The translations under genes were made by a program, and so were the position numbers. A stretch of 64,000 nt of DNA from an uncultured delta proteobacterium. GTDB lineage: Bacteria; Desulfobacterota; Binatia; Binatales; Binataceae. Positions 60,222 to 64,000 of the stretch are shown here, piece by piece; the stretch's first letter is position 1, and each line of letters begins with the position of its first letter. The stretch spans positions 1,088,001 to 1,152,000 of the forward strand of contig CAWEEQ010000004.1 in NCBI GenBank assembly GCA_963808235.1, read 5' to 3'. Under the pieces are notes generated by a model, which saw only the letters and a program-made list of their open reading frames with translations, ran no database searches and was not told the origin of the DNA.

Positions 60222-62255
60222 ATGCGACGCCGCAGAAGGCATTCGGAAGAGCAGACGAGGCGCGGACCGGTGAAGGTAGTAAGTTCACTAGCAACGCGAA
60301 TGGGACCGGCGGAAGCGACGGCCAGCATCCTGCTGGTCGATGATCGCCCGGCGAATCTGGTCGCACTCGAAGCCATCCTGGATCCGCTCGAGGCGCGACT
60401 GGTCAAGGCGAATTCCGGCGAAGAGGCGTTGCAAAAGATCACCGAGCATGACTTCGCGGTCATCCTGATGGATGTGCGGATGCCAGGGATGGACGGACTG
60501 CGCGCGATCGAATTGATCAAGCAGCGCGAGGAGTCCGCGCGGATACCGATCATCCTGCTCACCGCGGTATCGATCGACAGCTCCGACATATCGGGCGGCT
60601 ACGCGCTCGGCGCGGTGGACTTTATTCTGAAGCCGTTTGATCCCGTGATTCTGCGCTCGAAGATTTCCGTTTTCGTCGACCTCTATCTGAAAGAGCAGAT
60701 GATCAAGCGGCAAGCGGAATTGCTCCGCCAGCGCGAACGGGAGGCATTCGAGCGCCGCAGCGAGCAGCGGTTTCGGGCTTTGATGGACGCGCTTCCGCAA
60801 TGTGTGTGGGCAGCGCGATCGGACCTGGAGTTCTACTACTGGAACAAGCGCGCCGCGGAATATTCGGGTGAGCCCGGCGATCAACCCGTCGCCCATAGCC
60901 GGCTACTCGCGCAGGTGCATCCCGACGATCAGGCGCTCGCGGCCGCGGAATGGGAAGCCGCAACCAAGTCCGAACGCGACTCTACCTGCCAGGTGAGACT
61001 CCGGCGTCAGCGCGATGGCGCGTTTGCGTGGTTCCTGGTCCGGATAGTGCCGCTGCGTGAATCTGAAAGGCTGACGGGATGGATCGTGGCGGCGACCGAC
61101 ATCGACGTGCAGCATCACGCATTGGAGCAGGCTGAGGCCGCGAACCGGATGAAAGAGGAGTTCCTGGCGGTCGTCTCGCACGAGTTGCGCAATCCGCTCA
61201 ACGCGATCAAGGTTTGGACCCATCTCCTGCGCCAGGGGAAGCTCGATCCGAAAAAAAGAGAAAAAGCGATGGAGACAATCGAGCGCAACGTCGATCTCCA
61301 GACGTCGCTCGTCGAAGATATCCTCGACGTTTCGAGCATCGTTCGCGGCAAGGTGAAGTTGACGCTGCGCCCGCAGCGGCTTTCCCCGATAATCGGGGCC
61401 GCGATGACGGTGGTGAGGCCTGGCGCCGAGGCCAAAGGAGTGGAACTCGAGTACGAGTGCGAAGCTCCCGAGGAGGTAATAAGTGCCGACGCCGAGCGCC
61501 TGCAGCAGGTCTTCTGGAACCTGCTCTCGAATGCGGTGAAGTTCACGCCTCACGGCGGCAAAGTGACGGTTCGCCTCAGCCGGCAGGGGCATCAAGCGCT
61601 CGTGATGGTGCGCGATAACGGGCAGGGAATCAGTCCGGAGTTTTTGCCGTATGTGTTCGACCGATTCCGTCAGGCCGAAAGTCCCTACACTCGAATCAAC
61701 GGAGGACTCGGGCTCGGGCTCGCGATCGCGCGGCAACTGGTCGAGCTCCATGGAGGCAATGTGACCGCGGATAGCGAGGGTACGGACAAGGGCTCAACCT
61801 TCTGGATTTTATTGCCGATCAAGGAAAAAGCCGCCGAGGCTCATCCAGATGACCGTCACATCGACGAGCGCGCGGGGCATCTAAGCGAACTGTCCGTGTT
61901 GGTCGTGGAAGATCAACTGGATTCGCGCGAAGCGTTGGCGGAGGCACTCGAGAGTCTCGGCGCGCGGGTGAAGACGGCGGCATCGGTGCCCGATGCGTTG
62001 CGGTGTCTGGAGAAGGAAACGCCGAGCCTGCTAATCAGCGACATCGCGATGCCGCTGGCGGACGGCTTCGAGCTGATCCGCAAAGTGCGCGAGTTCATAC
62101 CGAGCGAGAAAATGCCCGCGATTGCGATCACCGGACTCAGCAGGCTCGCGGAGCAGGAGAAAGCGCTCGAGGCCGGCTTCCAGGTTTGCATCGTGAAACC
62201 GGCGTCTCTGGAGCTATTGTCGGAATCGATACAGCGGCTGACTACGCACGAGTAG
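60222..62255 (+). CDS. REC-PAS-histidine kinase-REC hybrid sensor (start may be downstream)
   Basis: LVDD..MDVRMP; VHPDD PAS; SHELRNPL; GGLGLGL; second REC. Confidence 0.93.
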   Translation: MRRRRRHSEEQTRRGPVKVVSSLATRMGPAEATASILLVDDRPANLVALEAILDPLEARLVKANSGEEALQKITEHDFAVILMDVRMPGMDGLRAIELIKQREESARIPIILLTAVSIDSSDISGGYALGAVDFILKPFDPVILRSKISVFVDLYLKEQMIKRQAELLRQREREAFERRSEQRFRALMDALPQCVWAARSDLEFYYWNKRAAEYSGEPGDQPVAHSRLLAQVHPDDQALAAAEWEAATKSERDSTCQVRLRRQRDGAFAWFLVRIVPLRESERLTGWIVAATDIDVQHHALEQAEAANRMKEEFLAVVSHELRNPLNAIKVWTHLLRQGKLDPKKREKAMETIERNVDLQTSLVEDILDVSSIVRGKVKLTLRPQRLSPIIGAAMTVVRPGAEAKGVELEYECEAPEEVISADAERLQQVFWNLLSNAVKFTPHGGKVTVRLSRQGHQALVMVRDNGQGISPEFLPYVFDRFRQAESPYTRINGGLGLGLAIARQLVELHGGNVTADSEGTDKGSTFWILLPIKEKAAEAHPDDRHIDERAGHLSELSVLVVEDQLDSREALAEALESLGARVKTAASVPDALRCLEKETPSLLISDIAMPLADGFELIRKVREFIPSEKMPAIAITGLSRLAEQEKALEAGFQVCIVKPASLELLSESIQRLTTHE

Positions 62256-62301
62256 CATCCCGAGTTCGAATCGTCTACGGGTCTGCTCGGACCGCGCGGA
62301 T

Positions 62302-62508
62302 TCAGCTGCCGCTCTTTTTGGGGACTTTGCCGCCTGCCTTGCGAGCTTCCGAAAGTCCGATCGCGATCGCCTGTTTTCGGCTCTTGACCGTTTTTCCGGA
62401 TTTGCCCGACTTCAATTGTCCCCGCTTCATTTCATGCATCGAGCGTTCGACCTTCTCGGAGGCTTTCTTTCCGTATTTTCTTCCAGTCGATTTCCGTGGC
62501 ATGGACAT
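62302..62508 (-). CDS. small basic protein, DUF6496-like
   Basis: MHEMKRGQLKSG..G..VKSRKQAIAIGLSEARKAG. Confidence 0.8.
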   Translation of the reverse strand: MSMPRKSTGRKYGKKASEKVERSMHEMKRGQLKSGKSGKTVKSRKQAIAIGLSEARKAGGKVPKKSGS

Positions 62509-62739
62509 TTACCTCGATTGAAATATCGACAGCGCGCAAAACTCGTGACGCGCTGCCGTGTCGTTAATCAGCAACCTGCGTGCCGCTCGGAGAATGCAAC
62601 GGTCTCTTCATGACCAGATCGAAAAAATTGAAAACTCTGAAAGATTTTCCAAGATCTTCAGAGACTGCGCACGCGGCGTCGCTGAAAAAGGGGTTTTCCC
62701 GATTCGCCTGGTGGGATAGACCATGCGCACGGTTGTTCG

Positions 62740-63981
62740 ATGGCGCCACCGATCAATAGTTGGTTTCCACGCTCCGCGACGGCGGACGGCAAGTTGCTGC
62801 TCGTGACGCGCGCACTCAGGGGGCTCGCCGACGGAGCAGTCAGCGTTCTGTTGCCAGGCTACCTGACCGCGATCGGATTCAGTCCGCTCCGAGTCGGCGC
62901 GATCGTTTTTGGAACCTTGCTCGGTTCCGCCGGATTGACGCTATGGGTCGGACTTGCGACCGACCGGCTCGGACGCCGACGCGTTCTGCTCGCGGCATGC
63001 GCGTTGATGTTGCTCACCGGACTCGGATTCTCCGCCATGACGAGCTTCTGGCCGCTGTTTGCGGTCGCGATAGTCGGCACGCTCAATCCGTCGGCCGGCG
63101 ACGTCAGCCTGTTCCTGCCGGTCGAGCAAGCGGCGTTGGCGCAGGCCGCGGCAGTAGGCGAGCTGACCTCGATGTTTGCGCTGTACAATGTTGCGGGCGC
63201 GATGGCGGGCGCACTGGGAGCGCTCGCGAGCGGAGTGCCCGCGGTACTCGCGGCGCGTCATGGATGGGCGCTCGCGTCGGCACTGCGCTCGGGCTTCGTT
63301 GCGTACTCGATCATCGCGGTGATCGCATTCATGGTGTATCGCAGACTCTCGCCGGCGGTCGAAGCGATGCACGGGCCCGGAAAATCCGCACCGCTCGCGA
63401 AGTCGCGCTCGATCGTGCTGCGACTGTCGGCGCTGTTCAGCATCGACGCCTTTGGCGGCGGCTTCGTGGTGCAATCCCTGCTCGCGCTGTGGCTGTTCCG
63501 GCGCTTCAACATGTCGATCCAGGTGGCGGGTTCGTTCTTTTTCGTTGCCGGCTTGTTCGGCTCGCTGTCACAACTAGTCTCGTCGGCGCTGGCCGCGCGC
63601 TTCGGGCGGATCAACACAATGGTCTTCACGCATCTCCCGGCGCAGGCGCTGATCATTCTGGCCGCACTGATGCCCAATGAGCACCTGGCGATCGCGTGCC
63701 TGCTCGGACGCTCGCTGCTTTCCTCGATGGACGTTCCCGCCCGCCAATCGTACGTGATGGCGATGGTGCCACCCGAGGAGCGTGCAGCGGCGGCGACAGT
63801 AACCAACGTCCCGCGCAGCCTCGCAACCGCGCTCGCGCCGCTGCCCTCAGGCGCAATGCTAGACCACTCGACCTTCGGCTGGCCCCTAATCTGCGCCGGC
63901 GCCCTCAAAACGCTCTACGACATCTTGCTGCTGATGCAGTTCCGCGCAGTAAAGCCGAGCGACGAACAGTCCGAATCCTAA
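62740..63981 (+). CDS. MFS transporter
   Basis: TDRLGRRR, ARFGRINTMVFTH, MDVPARQSY; multiple TM segments. Confidence 0.9.
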   Translation: MAPPINSWFPRSATADGKLLLVTRALRGLADGAVSVLLPGYLTAIGFSPLRVGAIVFGTLLGSAGLTLWVGLATDRLGRRRVLLAACALMLLTGLGFSAMTSFWPLFAVAIVGTLNPSAGDVSLFLPVEQAALAQAAAVGELTSMFALYNVAGAMAGALGALASGVPAVLAARHGWALASALRSGFVAYSIIAVIAFMVYRRLSPAVEAMHGPGKSAPLAKSRSIVLRLSALFSIDAFGGGFVVQSLLALWLFRRFNMSIQVAGSFFFVAGLFGSLSQLVSSALAARFGRINTMVFTHLPAQALIILAALMPNEHLAIACLLGRSLLSSMDVPARQSYVMAMVPPEERAAAATVTNVPRSLATALAPLPSGAMLDHSTFGWPLICAGALKTLYDILLLMQFRAVKPSDEQSES

Positions 63982-64000
63982 AAATCCTAATCACCTCTAC

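Overview
A GC-rich bacterial chromosomal segment; gene content and style suggest Candidatus Binatota or a deltaproteobacteria-like lineage, but this is a guess. It opens with the end of the dcw cluster (murC-murB-ftsQ-like-ftsA-ftsZ) and a GTP-dependent PEP carboxykinase. Next comes a TetR-led operon of three ferritin-like/diiron proteins plus two paralogous small proteins, then a repeat-rich zone holding a complete 3.35-kb IS1595-family transposon (perfect 25-bp TIRs, 8-bp TSD) with cargo genes, inserted inside a REP-like repeat. Further on are a rearranged cassette-like region after tRNA-Glu, four tandem sulfotransferases plus three GT2 glycosyltransferases, an ECF sigma-DUF151 fusion, and a 3.4-kb integrase-less islet at tRNA-Lys (17-bp att repeats) encoding a Schlafen/AlbA_2 protein. 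The window ends with a poly-HAMP hybrid kinase locus. Single-base frameshifts in several essential genes point to long-read assembly errors. The best candidates for undescribed systems are the multi-subunit ferritin-like operon (7583-11384) and the two-gene cargo module of the IS1595 element (15013-16454). All product calls come from motif recognition by eye; no database searches were run.
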